Below the pieces are notes generated by a model. The model made no database searches. It was given only the letters and a program-made list of their open reading frames with translations, and had not been told where the DNA came from. The position numbers were made by a program, and so were the translations under genes. From an uncultured bacterium (GTDB lineage: Bacteria > JAJVIF01 > JAPKYR01): DNA of 22,567 nucleotides. Each line of letters starts with the position of its first letter. Positions within the stretch are counted from its first letter, which is position 1. Where the stretch lies: positions 1-22,567 of the forward strand of contig CBDURU010000052.1 of assembly GCA_965369865.1 (NCBI GenBank), given 5' to 3'. This document shows positions 8,277 through 17,015 of this stretch, in pieces.

Positions 8277-9572
8277 ATGCTGGATATCAAGGTTATACTC
8301 ACAAATGTCGATGGAGTTGCAGACCGCTTGAAATCAAGGGAACCAAATTTCTCCATCGATGTTCTAGCCGAATTGGATGGACGCAGGAAAAAACTCATCC
8401 AGGAGGTTGAATCGAGGAAAGCCGACCAGAAAAAAGCCAATAAGGAAATCGGCATTAGAAAACAGGCCGGTGAGGATCCGAGCGATATTTTCGAGAAAAT
8501 GAAAGAAATATCCAGGGGCATCAAGGAACTTGACAAACAGCTTCTTGAGGTTAAATCGGAACTTAACCGGCAAATTGAGGTACTGCCTAATATCCCTTCT
8601 CCCGATGTCCCTGTCAGCCTTGATAAATCGGGCAATATTCAGGTCGCCACCTTTGGGGAATTCAAAACCCCTGCCGAATGGGATTTTCCCTTCAAGAACC
8701 ACCTGGAAGTGGCAGAGGGACTTTCTCCCAGGGGTGGACTCGATTTCAAAAGAAGTGCGAAAATGACGGGAGCCAACTGGTCACTCTACCGCGGGGACCT
8801 CGGGAGGCTCGAATGGGCACTGGTTATGTTTTTCATAGACCGGGCGGCATCCGATGGGCGTGAATTAATAATCCCGCCGTATCTTGTCAATTCGGACAGC
8901 ATGTTTTCATCCGGCCAGTTCCCCAAATTCCGGGACCAGGCATACGAATGCCACGACGATAACCTCGTGCTTATTCCCACCAGCGAAGTTCCACTCCTGA
9001 ATCTCTACAGGGATGAAATACTGCCTGACGAAGAATTGCCAATAAGGTTAGCGAGTTTTACCCCATGTTTCAGGAGGGAGGCAGGCACATACGGAGCTGA
9101 CGAGCGCGGCCTTATCCGGGTCCACCAGTTCCATAAGGTCGAGATATTCAACTTTACCAGGCCTGAAGAAAGTTACGGTGAACTTGAACGCATGACGGAA
9201 TACGCCAGGAAGGTTATGGAAGCCCTTGAGCTTCCTTTCAAGGTAATGAACCTCGCCACGGGCGACCTCGCGCAACAATCCGCTTTTACGTATGACATTG
9301 AAGCCTGGTTACCGGGCCAGAATGCATACTCGGAGGTTTCAAGTATCTCGAATTGCACCGATTACCAGGCTCGACGCGCGAATATCAGGTATCGTCCCAA
9401 AGACCGGAGCAAACCTGAATTCGTGCATACATTAAATGGCAGTGCACTTGCAACAAGTCGGACCATGGTTTCAATTCTGGAACATTACCAGGAACAGGAT
9501 GGTGGTTTAAGGATACCTGAAGCGTTAATACCTTATATGCGCGGCCAGACGCGAATTGAGCCGATCAGATGA
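8277..9572 (+). CDS. serS: Serine--tRNA ligase
   Basis: MLDIK N-terminus with coiled-coil arm; SGQFPKF, LIPTSEVPL, FTPCFRREAG, RGLIRVHQFHKVE, EVSSISNCTDYQARR, HTLNGSALA. Confidence 0.97.
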   Translation: MLDIKVILTNVDGVADRLKSREPNFSIDVLAELDGRRKKLIQEVESRKADQKKANKEIGIRKQAGEDPSDIFEKMKEISRGIKELDKQLLEVKSELNRQIEVLPNIPSPDVPVSLDKSGNIQVATFGEFKTPAEWDFPFKNHLEVAEGLSPRGGLDFKRSAKMTGANWSLYRGDLGRLEWALVMFFIDRAASDGRELIIPPYLVNSDSMFSSGQFPKFRDQAYECHDDNLVLIPTSEVPLLNLYRDEILPDEELPIRLASFTPCFRREAGTYGADERGLIRVHQFHKVEIFNFTRPEESYGELERMTEYARKVMEALELPFKVMNLATGDLAQQSAFTYDIEAWLPGQNAYSEVSSISNCTDYQARRANIRYRPKDRSKPEFVHTLNGSALATSRTMVSILEHYQEQDGGLRIPEALIPYMRGQTRIEPIR

Positions 9573-9612
9573 TAAAAAGGGCACTAAATAAGGATTTTTT
9601 ACTTATAATCAA

Positions 9613-9639
9613 TGCATTCAGGCGGAATCCGGTCGAAAA
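9613..9639 (+). promoter_or_regulatory. Putative sigma28 (FliA/SigD)-type promoter
   Basis: TGCA-N15-GTCGAAAA versus consensus TAAA-N15-GCCGATAA; same -10 as the flgM promoter, weak -35. Confidence 0.45.
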
Positions 9640-9648
9640 AAATAATGT

Positions 9649-10179
9649 ATGGAAATCCAGCCTTTCCATAATTATTCCAATTCCCTGATACCTCTGCCAC
9701 CCCTTGGACCCGAGGTAGCGCCCTCCGATTCGCAGGAAGTAAGGTCGTTCGCGGATGAATTGGGTTCACGGATTTCCAACCCGGAAGCAAATTCATCAGA
9801 CACTGATGCTAACTCACCCGGTATCTTTAACCTGGCATCCCCCGACCCATCAATCGCGACGAATACCAGGGAATTAACCGGTATGCTGGATCGCCAGTCC
9901 GGAAGCCCGGAGGTCCGAAACGATTACGAAGAGGAACTCATGCAGGCATGCCGGGAAGTTGAGGGTTTTCTGCTGGGTATATTATTGAAAAACACTGGAA
10001 GTGATTTCGGGGGCTCAGAACTGTTTAAAGAGACCAGCGAAAGCTCTTTCTATAATGAGATGTTTTTCTACGAGCTGGCACAATCAATTGGCACCAACCC
10101 TCCAGGGATAGGTATCGCCGACCGGTTGTACGACGATATTATTATGAATGCGGATTCAGAATTGGACCGGATGGTCTGA
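9649..10179 (+). CDS. FlgJ-like rod-binding domain protein (no muramidase domain)
   Basis: LMQACREVEGFLLGILLK...LF......FYNEMFFYELAQSI....GIGIADRLY matches the FlgJ N-terminal rod-binding pattern; heads the flagellar cluster. Confidence 0.7.
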   Translation: MEIQPFHNYSNSLIPLPPLGPEVAPSDSQEVRSFADELGSRISNPEANSSDTDANSPGIFNLASPDPSIATNTRELTGMLDRQSGSPEVRNDYEEELMQACREVEGFLLGILLKNTGSDFGGSELFKETSESSFYNEMFFYELAQSIGTNPPGIGIADRLYDDIIMNADSELDRMV

Positions 10180-10235
10180 CCATCGGCAAAAAAGATTCTG
10201 GTCCGTGAAAACCTATCGACTGGAAGGTATTAGGA

Positions 10236-10628
10236 ATGTTTCTGAAAAATTGCGAACGATGCGGAAAGGCATACACTTCATCGAATCCCAGGATATGCCC
10301 CGATTGTATCGATCAGGACGAAGAAGATTTCAAGCGAGTAAAGAGATTTGTAAACGAGAACCCTAAGGTGTCTATTGAGGATATCAGCGAGGCAACGGAA
10401 GTAGATAAAGAAAGAATTCTTGACTATCTAAAAATGGGACGTCTTGAACTTGTGGATATGACCAACCCGCCACTCGAATGCGAGAGATGTGGAAAACCAA
10501 TTTCAATGGGTCAGTACTGTAATATCTGCAAGCAGGACATAGCGGATACATTCAGGAGTTCATCATCTTCGAGCGAAACCCCGTCAATGAAGAAAAAATC
10601 GTTCAAGGAACGATACCGTGGAGAATAG
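10236..10628 (+). CDS. Flagellar operon protein, YvyF-like (zinc ribbons plus HTH-like segment)
   Basis: NCERCGK..ICPDC..EEDFKRVKRFV.ENP....DISEATEV....I..YL..GRLE..CERCGKPI..GQYC..C; 130 aa; directly upstream of flgM as in Bacillus. Confidence 0.85.
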   Translation: MFLKNCERCGKAYTSSNPRICPDCIDQDEEDFKRVKRFVNENPKVSIEDISEATEVDKERILDYLKMGRLELVDMTNPPLECERCGKPISMGQYCNICKQDIADTFRSSSSSSETPSMKKKSFKERYRGE

Positions 10629-10637
10629 ATTTTTCTG

Positions 10638-10667
10638 TACCAGATACACCCATTCTGGTATTATATT
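10638..10667 (+). terminator. Possible weak terminator after the yvyF-like gene
   Basis: TACCAGA-9 nt-TCTGGTA stem followed by TTATATT. Confidence 0.35.
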
Positions 10668-10688
10668 GAGTATCTCAAAAAAAATATT

Positions 10689-10715
10689 TAAAGTTCCCGC
10701 CCAGGCTGTCGAAAA
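10689..10715 (+). promoter_or_regulatory. Sigma28-type promoter of flgM
   Basis: TAAA(GTT)-N15-GTCGAAAA; exact consensus spacing, upstream of the anti-sigma28 gene. Confidence 0.7.
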
Positions 10716-10766
10716 TATTTAAGAAGGACAGTCCTTCGAATTTGCGTTTGCCGATGGAGGCAAATA

Positions 10767-11054
10767 ATGCGAATATCAGAAATAATTGCAAGTCTAGTAC
10801 CAAAAATCAGATCGATAGGCCCCTCGAAAGGCACACCGGAGCTTGATCAGAATGGAAAAATCCAAACTCGGTCGGATGATGTGCGGCTATCGAATGAGAG
10901 CCAGCTTCTCTCACGACTCACCAGTGAACTGAAATCATTGCCGGAAATCGACGAGGCAAAGGTGGCGGAACTCCGTGCGAGAATCGAAGCAGGTGAGTAC
11001 AATCCATCATCGCACGATATTGCTTCCAAAATTCTCGACACTGAATCAGAATAA
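10767..11054 (+). CDS. flgM: Anti-sigma28 factor FlgM
   Basis: 95 aa; DDVRLSNES..L....LKSLPEIDEAKVAELRARIEAGEYNPSSHDIASKIL; SD GGAGG. Confidence 0.92.
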   Translation: MRISEIIASLVPKIRSIGPSKGTPELDQNGKIQTRSDDVRLSNESQLLSRLTSELKSLPEIDEAKVAELRARIEAGEYNPSSHDIASKILDTESE

Positions 11055-11079
11055 ATCATAAACGGAATTGAAAATTGCC

Positions 11080-11106
11080 ACTCCCGCAAAACGCGGGAGT
11101 TTTTTC
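11080..11106 (+). terminator. Rho-independent terminator after flgM
   Basis: ACTCCCGC-aaaac-GCGGGAGT followed by TTTTTC. Confidence 0.85.
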
Positions 11107-11136
11107 TATTTCTACATTTTAAAAGGTGAATAACGG

Positions 11137-11163
11137 TGAACCTTAGCGTCAACCTGTCGAAAT
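11137..11163 (+). promoter_or_regulatory. Putative sigma28-type promoter for flgN-flgK-flgL
   Basis: TGAA-N15-GTCGAAAT just downstream of the flgM terminator. Confidence 0.55.
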
Positions 11164-11172
11164 CTATAATGT

Positions 11173-11718
11173 ATGAAAGATTCGAATAACAATAATCCAC
11201 CAAATATGCTTGAGTTTCTAAACAGGGTAAATGATTACCTGGAAGAGCTTATAGAAGCGAACCGGGAGCTTTTGGAAATCCTGAACGAGTACCAGAAAGT
11301 TCTAGTAAAAGGCGATACTGACGAGATCGAGAAATCAACTCCGGCTCTCGATCGCCATGCCGGGAAGATTCGAATGATCGATGAAAAACGTCGAGCTTAT
11401 ATCGACGAATTTTTCCTATCCAGCGGATGGGACGGTCCCAGGAACTTCTCTGCAATCTCAAACAATGTCAGCGAAATTGGTGTGACGGATGAGGAAGGAG
11501 CGGCATTTGACCGGACCGCTTCATCGCGAATGTCCCTGATCGAGGTCCTGGCGGAAGTCGACGCAACGAATTCACTTAACATCACGTTAATCGGTCAAAG
11601 CATGAGTTTTGCCGAGGTCAGTCTGAAAGCGCTGCTTGGGTTTCAAACCGAAACGACCACATATGGTCCTTCAAATGAATGCGACGACGGCCCGTCTCTT
11701 CTCGACGCGCAGGCGTAA
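11173..11718 (+). CDS. flgN: Flagellar export chaperone FlgN
   Basis: Helical protein with LLEIL..YQKVLVKGD...IE, DEKRR, N.LN..LI.QS..F, TYG and terminal LLDAQA; lies between flgM and flgK. Confidence 0.8.
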   Translation: MKDSNNNNPPNMLEFLNRVNDYLEELIEANRELLEILNEYQKVLVKGDTDEIEKSTPALDRHAGKIRMIDEKRRAYIDEFFLSSGWDGPRNFSAISNNVSEIGVTDEEGAAFDRTASSRMSLIEVLAEVDATNSLNITLIGQSMSFAEVSLKALLGFQTETTTYGPSNECDDGPSLLDAQA

Positions 11719-11789
11719 AGCATTCAGAATATATTCAAAAAAACCTGACAGAGGTTGGATGGAATTAGTATCTCAAGGAGGATGAATCT

Positions 11790-13580
11790 TTGCCATCTCT
11801 ATTTTTGGGTCTCGAGATAGCCAGAAAAGCACTGGCTATGTCGCAGTTAAATTTACAGATTATTGCGCATAACATCGCTAATGCCAGCACGCCCGGCTAC
11901 TCAAGGCAACGGGCGGAGATGTTGACAGCGCCTCCCCTGGCCTACCCTTCCTTATCGAGAGGCGCGTTTCCCCAGCAGGTGGGAACCGGGGTAAATGTTG
12001 AGGCTATAAAACGTATCAGGGATGAATTCCTGGACCAGGTTATCTGGACACAAAACGGGTCGCAGGGACGCAACGTCTCAGTCGAAGCCGCGCTCCAGCA
12101 GGTAGAATTGATATACAACGAACCTGGAGAAAATACACTGGGTTCATTGATCGACAGGTTTTTCGCGGCATGGTCGGATTTGGCAAACAGCCCGGAGCTG
12201 GTCAGTACACGTGCAAACATCCGTGAAAATGCCATAAGCCTGTCACGGGAGTTTAACCGTCTGACCAATTCTCTCGAAAAACTTGCGGTCGATCATGCGA
12301 GCCAGGTGCGAATACGGATCAAAGAAGCAAACAATCTGGCCTGGCAGATCGCCGGCCTGAACACCCAGATCGCGCAGGTGACCAATCTCGGCGAAAATCC
12401 GAACGATTTAAAGGATCAGCGGGACCTGTATGTCGAAGAGCTTTCCGACATAATCCCACTTACGACCATTGAGGATGTCAATGGGAGTCTCAGCATCCTG
12501 ATAGGCGGATTGAGGATGGTTGAGTACGACAAGGTGCAGGAGCTCAGGGTAACAAACGATCCGAACGATATTCAAAATGTATCAATCGAGTTTACCAACC
12601 ATATAACCCCGGAATTATACGGCAGAGGAAAACTGGCCGGTTTAATGGAAGTTATCTACGAATATATCCCGAGGTTTATTGAAAAGCTGAATAATCTCGC
12701 CACGGCAATAATCAATCGTGTAAACCTGCTCCACCTGGATGGGTTCGGCCTTGACGGCATGAAGGGAAGACCGTTTTTTACCGATCTTCGAACCGCGGAA
12801 ATAACGGGCACGTTCTCACTTCCTACCGGGGCCACCGAAAACACAACACTTGACGAACTGGGAATTTCCAAAGGATATTTCACAATCGAGGGAGCGAAAA
12901 TAACAATCACGCAGGATGATATCGCCCCTGGAGAAGCGATCAAAATAAAAGACCTTCTCGATCGAATCAATAACGCCCAGCCTTTTGTACGAGCCATATT
13001 TCATACGGACGTCGGCGGCAACTCGTTCATCAGGCTGGATCTTTACAATCCGGTCGAAGCGGACACTGAAATCAACATATTCAAGGGAAGTTCGAATTTC
13101 TTCCAGGTTGTCGGACTCGATGGAGCAACTATAGATTTTCTCACGGCGAATGAAACCTATTCAAGCTCATCAGACATGATCTCACTCTGGGCATCCATTC
13201 TTGAAGACCTGGATATCATAGCGGCTGCCGAGGATGACGGCAGCGGGATATTTACCGGTCCCGGGAACAACGGTAACGCTCTTGCCATCGCCGGCCTCCA
13301 GTCCCTTAACAATGCGATCGGGGGAGCATCGATCACCGATTACTACTCAGCGAGCATTTCGGTACTTGGGAGCATGTCTCAAGCGACCTCAAGGCTGGTA
13401 ACCAGCCAGGGCGTACTGCTTGATCAACTTAATGTACAGCGGGAAAGTGTCCGCGGCGTCAATCTCGATGAGGAAGCAACAATGCTGATAACCTACCAGC
13501 GAATATATGAGGGCGCGGCGAGGGTCACAAATGTTGTAGATCTGCTGCTTGACACCGTAATAAACAGGATGGGAATCTGA
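11790..13580 (+). CDS. flgK: Flagellar hook-associated protein FlgK (HAP1)
   Basis: TTG start with SD AAGGAGG; GLEIARKAL..SQ..L....HNIANASTPGYSRQR, GTGV.V..IKRIRD.FLD, PNDLKDQRD, GVNLDEEA..LI.YQR.Y..AARV. Confidence 0.95.
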   Translation: MPSLFLGLEIARKALAMSQLNLQIIAHNIANASTPGYSRQRAEMLTAPPLAYPSLSRGAFPQQVGTGVNVEAIKRIRDEFLDQVIWTQNGSQGRNVSVEAALQQVELIYNEPGENTLGSLIDRFFAAWSDLANSPELVSTRANIRENAISLSREFNRLTNSLEKLAVDHASQVRIRIKEANNLAWQIAGLNTQIAQVTNLGENPNDLKDQRDLYVEELSDIIPLTTIEDVNGSLSILIGGLRMVEYDKVQELRVTNDPNDIQNVSIEFTNHITPELYGRGKLAGLMEVIYEYIPRFIEKLNNLATAIINRVNLLHLDGFGLDGMKGRPFFTDLRTAEITGTFSLPTGATENTTLDELGISKGYFTIEGAKITITQDDIAPGEAIKIKDLLDRINNAQPFVRAIFHTDVGGNSFIRLDLYNPVEADTEINIFKGSSNFFQVVGLDGATIDFLTANETYSSSSDMISLWASILEDLDIIAAAEDDGSGIFTGPGNNGNALAIAGLQSLNNAIGGASITDYYSASISVLGSMSQATSRLVTSQGVLLDQLNVQRESVRGVNLDEEATMLITYQRIYEGAARVTNVVDLLLDTVINRMGI

Positions 13581-13614
13581 TTTTACTGAATTGGATGGGG
13601 AGTGAGTATTTACA

Positions 13615-16326
13615 ATGAGAATTACGCACAACATTCTGATCACCAACTTCCTGAGGAACCTGAACAATATCGCAGTAAGGCTTGAACGCACCCAGCAACA
13701 GCTTGCAACCGGCGTTAAATTCCAGCGTCCGGCACATGGGCCCGTTGAGGTTGGCCAGATCATCGGCTTCAAGTCATCGCTCGCAAAAATTGGCCAGTTC
13801 ACGAAGAACGTTGATGACGGCTCCAGCCAGGTCGGGTACCTGGATACGATCATCCAATCCACCGTAGGCTATTCAGGGCAGGCCCGCGACCTGATCGTGG
13901 ACGGCGCCAATGATAATCTGAACATTAATGACCGCCGGTCGATTGCCCAGGAGATAGAATTAATTCTCGCTTCCACACTGTCGGATGCCAATTCCCGGTT
14001 TAGGGACCGTTACATGTTCGGCGGATGGAGAACACGCACGATCCCATTCGAGGCAGTCTACAATCCCAGAACCAGGTTTCTGGATGATGTCATTTACAGC
14101 GGCAACCGGGGTCACATCGACCGCCTGGTTGGCGATACCGACAGGCTGTCGATAAATGTAACCGGGAAGGATCTTTTCCTGCACCAGACTTATACACGCA
14201 AGGGATCCGTACTTCCACCGGAAAAAGAACTTGGATTCAGTGGAACGCTGACATTGAATGGTGTTGATTTTAATATCAAAGCGGAAGACACGCTGACCGA
14301 TATCCAGAAAATGATAGAGGCCCGGGTAGATAAGGCCCATGTTTTCGCCTCGATAGACAGTGGCCGGCTGATTCTTGAATCCGCCTATGCGGTGAAGGAA
14401 TTTACCATTTCCGACAACCAGGATAACAGGCTCGTTGAAGACCTGGGGCTCCATGTATCGGGAGCTTTCAACCACGCCTACCAGGCCCCTACCCTTCCCC
14501 TGACAGACAGTACGCCCGCGATTTTTACGGGCGCCGGTCCCGTGGCGAACCTAATTTACGACAACACAAACAATACGCTGAATATTTTTCTAGGTGCGGA
14601 TGCGAACGGCGGTATATCCCAGGCGAAAAATATTATAATCACACCCGGAACGTATGCATCGGTCGCCGACCTGATAATCGAGATCCAAACCCGGATCGAT
14701 GAGGCATTCGGATCGCAGAAAATAATTGTCTCCGACGCGGGCGGCGGGGTGCTCCAACTGGAAACCGTGGTTACCGGCGCGGCTGTCGATGGCGGGGATC
14801 TTGTTATCGGCGGGCCGTTTAACGGACTCGACGATACTGCCGCCGATGACGCGGATTTGAATCTCGTTGCTTTTACCGGCAACGCTCCCGCGACTTTTGC
14901 CGGGACCGTGGGTACTGACGGCGATGACAAAATTATCATCGACCTTGGACCAACCACCAGTAAAACAGGAGAGGATGTCCTTCCACAGACAATCGACCTT
15001 CGTGCAGGTGTAATTACCGATATTTTAACACTGGTCGATGAAATCAACTACCAGATTTTCCAGAATGATACTTTGAGGGGCGCTGTCTCTGTCCGTATCG
15101 AGGACGGAAGGCTTTACTTTGAAACCGCGAACCAGGGAATCGATGTCCCGGCTGCAGATTTTCAGATAACTGAAGGAGCTGCAGGCACACTCCTGGCGCT
15201 TGGGATTTCGGATATTCAGACCCAGGCATATTACACCGGAATTAACCTTGCATTCCCATATGTAATTGTAACCGGTGTAACGGACTCAATGACGATCGAC
15301 CTGGGACCCAGTGTCTCGAATGAAGGGACCAATCCCGCTCCTGTGACATTGACCATACCCGCCGGTGTATATGCCAACATTAACGCCCTTGCCGCTGAAA
15401 TCGCCTTGCAGATTCAAATTAATCCTGAATTAAATGGAGCCGTACAGCTTGTCATAAACGGTAACGCCCTGGATCTTTACAGCGTGAAAACCGGATCGAG
15501 TGTCCGTGGGATAGATCTGGTAGCTTCCGGCGGGCTGGCAACAGCAATTGGATGGTCCGCGGCACAGGCGGTCAACGGCGGGGGAACATCCGATGGACGC
15601 GGCGATGTGATCGAACCGCAAAATATTTTCCATTCCATGATCACAATGCGCAATGACCTTAATGGAACTATCAGTACTTACACCAAAGTACTCAACGCGC
15701 AGAATGAAGATCAACAGTTATTCGACCTCTTTGAGGGAGATGTTGTAACGGTTACCTACGATGCCGGAACATTCACATTCACGCTTCTGGCAACCGACAC
15801 TTTCGATGATTTTATTAACAGCCTCCAGGCGATACTTGGAACACGGGCGGAGGTACGTGTAACAACCGATGGGCGTATTGAGATAGAGAACCTGGAGACT
15901 ACCCAGATACTGAACCTGGATATATCCGTGGCAAGTGCGATCGGGCAGCCAAGAACTTTGTTTAACGATATTTTCGATGAACTTCCCGGTACCGTTCCCG
16001 GGCTGATTTCCGTAGTTTCAGGAAAAATGATCGATCCTCAAAAATACCTGCGCCTCGGAAACGAAGACCTGGTTCTGGCGGATCTCGATCTTGAAAACCT
16101 GCTCCGGCACATAGCGATAGTCGGGGCCAGGGCAAACAGGCTCAATACACTTATCGACCAGTTATCAGCCTCGGATTTGAATATCGAAGGTTTGAAGGCT
16201 TCCGTTGAAGGGGCAAATTACGCGGAAATCCTCACATCATTAAGCCAGCAGGAAGCCGTGTTTCAGAGCGCGCTCATGGTCGGCGCCAGTGTACTTACAC
16301 CAAGCCTTCTCGATTATCTCAGGTAA
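13615..16326 (+). CDS. flgL: Flagellar hook-associated protein FlgL (HAP3), unusually long (903 aa)
   Basis: MRITHN.....LRNL......L...QQQLATG, RYMFGG.RT...PF, YSGN, INVTG..LF; C-terminal GAR.NRL...A.YAE....L..QE..FQ.AL...A.VL.PSLLDYLR; follows flgK. Confidence 0.9.
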   Translation: MRITHNILITNFLRNLNNIAVRLERTQQQLATGVKFQRPAHGPVEVGQIIGFKSSLAKIGQFTKNVDDGSSQVGYLDTIIQSTVGYSGQARDLIVDGANDNLNINDRRSIAQEIELILASTLSDANSRFRDRYMFGGWRTRTIPFEAVYNPRTRFLDDVIYSGNRGHIDRLVGDTDRLSINVTGKDLFLHQTYTRKGSVLPPEKELGFSGTLTLNGVDFNIKAEDTLTDIQKMIEARVDKAHVFASIDSGRLILESAYAVKEFTISDNQDNRLVEDLGLHVSGAFNHAYQAPTLPLTDSTPAIFTGAGPVANLIYDNTNNTLNIFLGADANGGISQAKNIIITPGTYASVADLIIEIQTRIDEAFGSQKIIVSDAGGGVLQLETVVTGAAVDGGDLVIGGPFNGLDDTAADDADLNLVAFTGNAPATFAGTVGTDGDDKIIIDLGPTTSKTGEDVLPQTIDLRAGVITDILTLVDEINYQIFQNDTLRGAVSVRIEDGRLYFETANQGIDVPAADFQITEGAAGTLLALGISDIQTQAYYTGINLAFPYVIVTGVTDSMTIDLGPSVSNEGTNPAPVTLTIPAGVYANINALAAEIALQIQINPELNGAVQLVINGNALDLYSVKTGSSVRGIDLVASGGLATAIGWSAAQAVNGGGTSDGRGDVIEPQNIFHSMITMRNDLNGTISTYTKVLNAQNEDQQLFDLFEGDVVTVTYDAGTFTFTLLATDTFDDFINSLQAILGTRAEVRVTTDGRIEIENLETTQILNLDISVASAIGQPRTLFNDIFDELPGTVPGLISVVSGKMIDPQKYLRLGNEDLVLADLDLENLLRHIAIVGARANRLNTLIDQLSASDLNIEGLKASVEGANYAEILTSLSQQEAVFQSALMVGASVLTPSLLDYLR

Positions 16327-16993
16327 TCGGAACCAGTAAATTTAAAAGGTCGGGCATCGAATCGATTATCCAGTCCGAGTCTTTCAATTCGACCGGATTC
16401 CCATAACCCCATGTTACTCCCACTGCCTTGATTCCCGCTGCATGCGATGCATCGATGTCAGCCTTCCTGTCGCCAACATAAATAATTCTATCGGCACCGC
16501 CAAATCCTTTGACCCAAGCCAGGAGCACGTGGGCCTTGTTCCTTGCCGGATCCTCCCCAAGATATGAAAACTTTGAAAAGTACTTCCTGAGATCGCAACT
16601 ATCAAGTATGGAATCGAAATAAACCCTGGAGGCGTTAGAGAGAAGCGCGAGGGAATATCCCCTGGCCTTGAGTACTGCCAGGGTCTCGTGAACTCCATCG
16701 AAAGTCCGGCCGTGTCCCTGGGTAAGCCTGCGATGTTCAGCCTCTCCAATGAATTTGTGCAGGAGCTTCCATTGATCGCGGTAAGTTTCGGGCAATGCCG
16801 CAGGAAAAAACATGTATGACGGCAGCCCGATAAGGACTTTAATATTTTCCCATGACGGGGTGGGGCCGTTTACACCGATTTCCGACCAGAATTTTTGAAA
16901 TCCCTCTCGAATCGCATCGTACGAGACAGAAAATGAATTGAACAGCGTTCCGTCCATATCGAATGCGACCGCTTTGACCTTTTTTGATATCAT
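16319..16993 (-). CDS. HAD-superfamily hydrolase (phosphoglycolate phosphatase-like)
   Basis: Motif I AFDMDGTL, motif II LSNA, motif III K, motif IV YVGDRKADI, and GVTWGYG. Start placed at ATG 16993 (MISKKVKAV) so that it does not overlap the upstream gene. Confidence 0.88.
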   Translation of the reverse strand: MISKKVKAVAFDMDGTLFNSFSVSYDAIREGFQKFWSEIGVNGPTPSWENIKVLIGLPSYMFFPAALPETYRDQWKLLHKFIGEAEHRRLTQGHGRTFDGVHETLAVLKARGYSLALLSNASRVYFDSILDSCDLRKYFSKFSYLGEDPARNKAHVLLAWVKGFGGADRIIYVGDRKADIDASHAAGIKAVGVTWGYGNPVELKDSDWIIDSMPDLLNLLVPIT

Positions 16994-17015
16994 CGTTTCA
17001 AGAAAGGGAACGCCT

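Noticed and set aside
13615..16326. Giant flagellin rather than FlgL
   Set aside because: The N-terminus (MRITHN..LRNL), C-terminus (PSLLDYLR) and position after flgK are FlgL-type; flagellin signatures such as RINSAADDAAG are absent.
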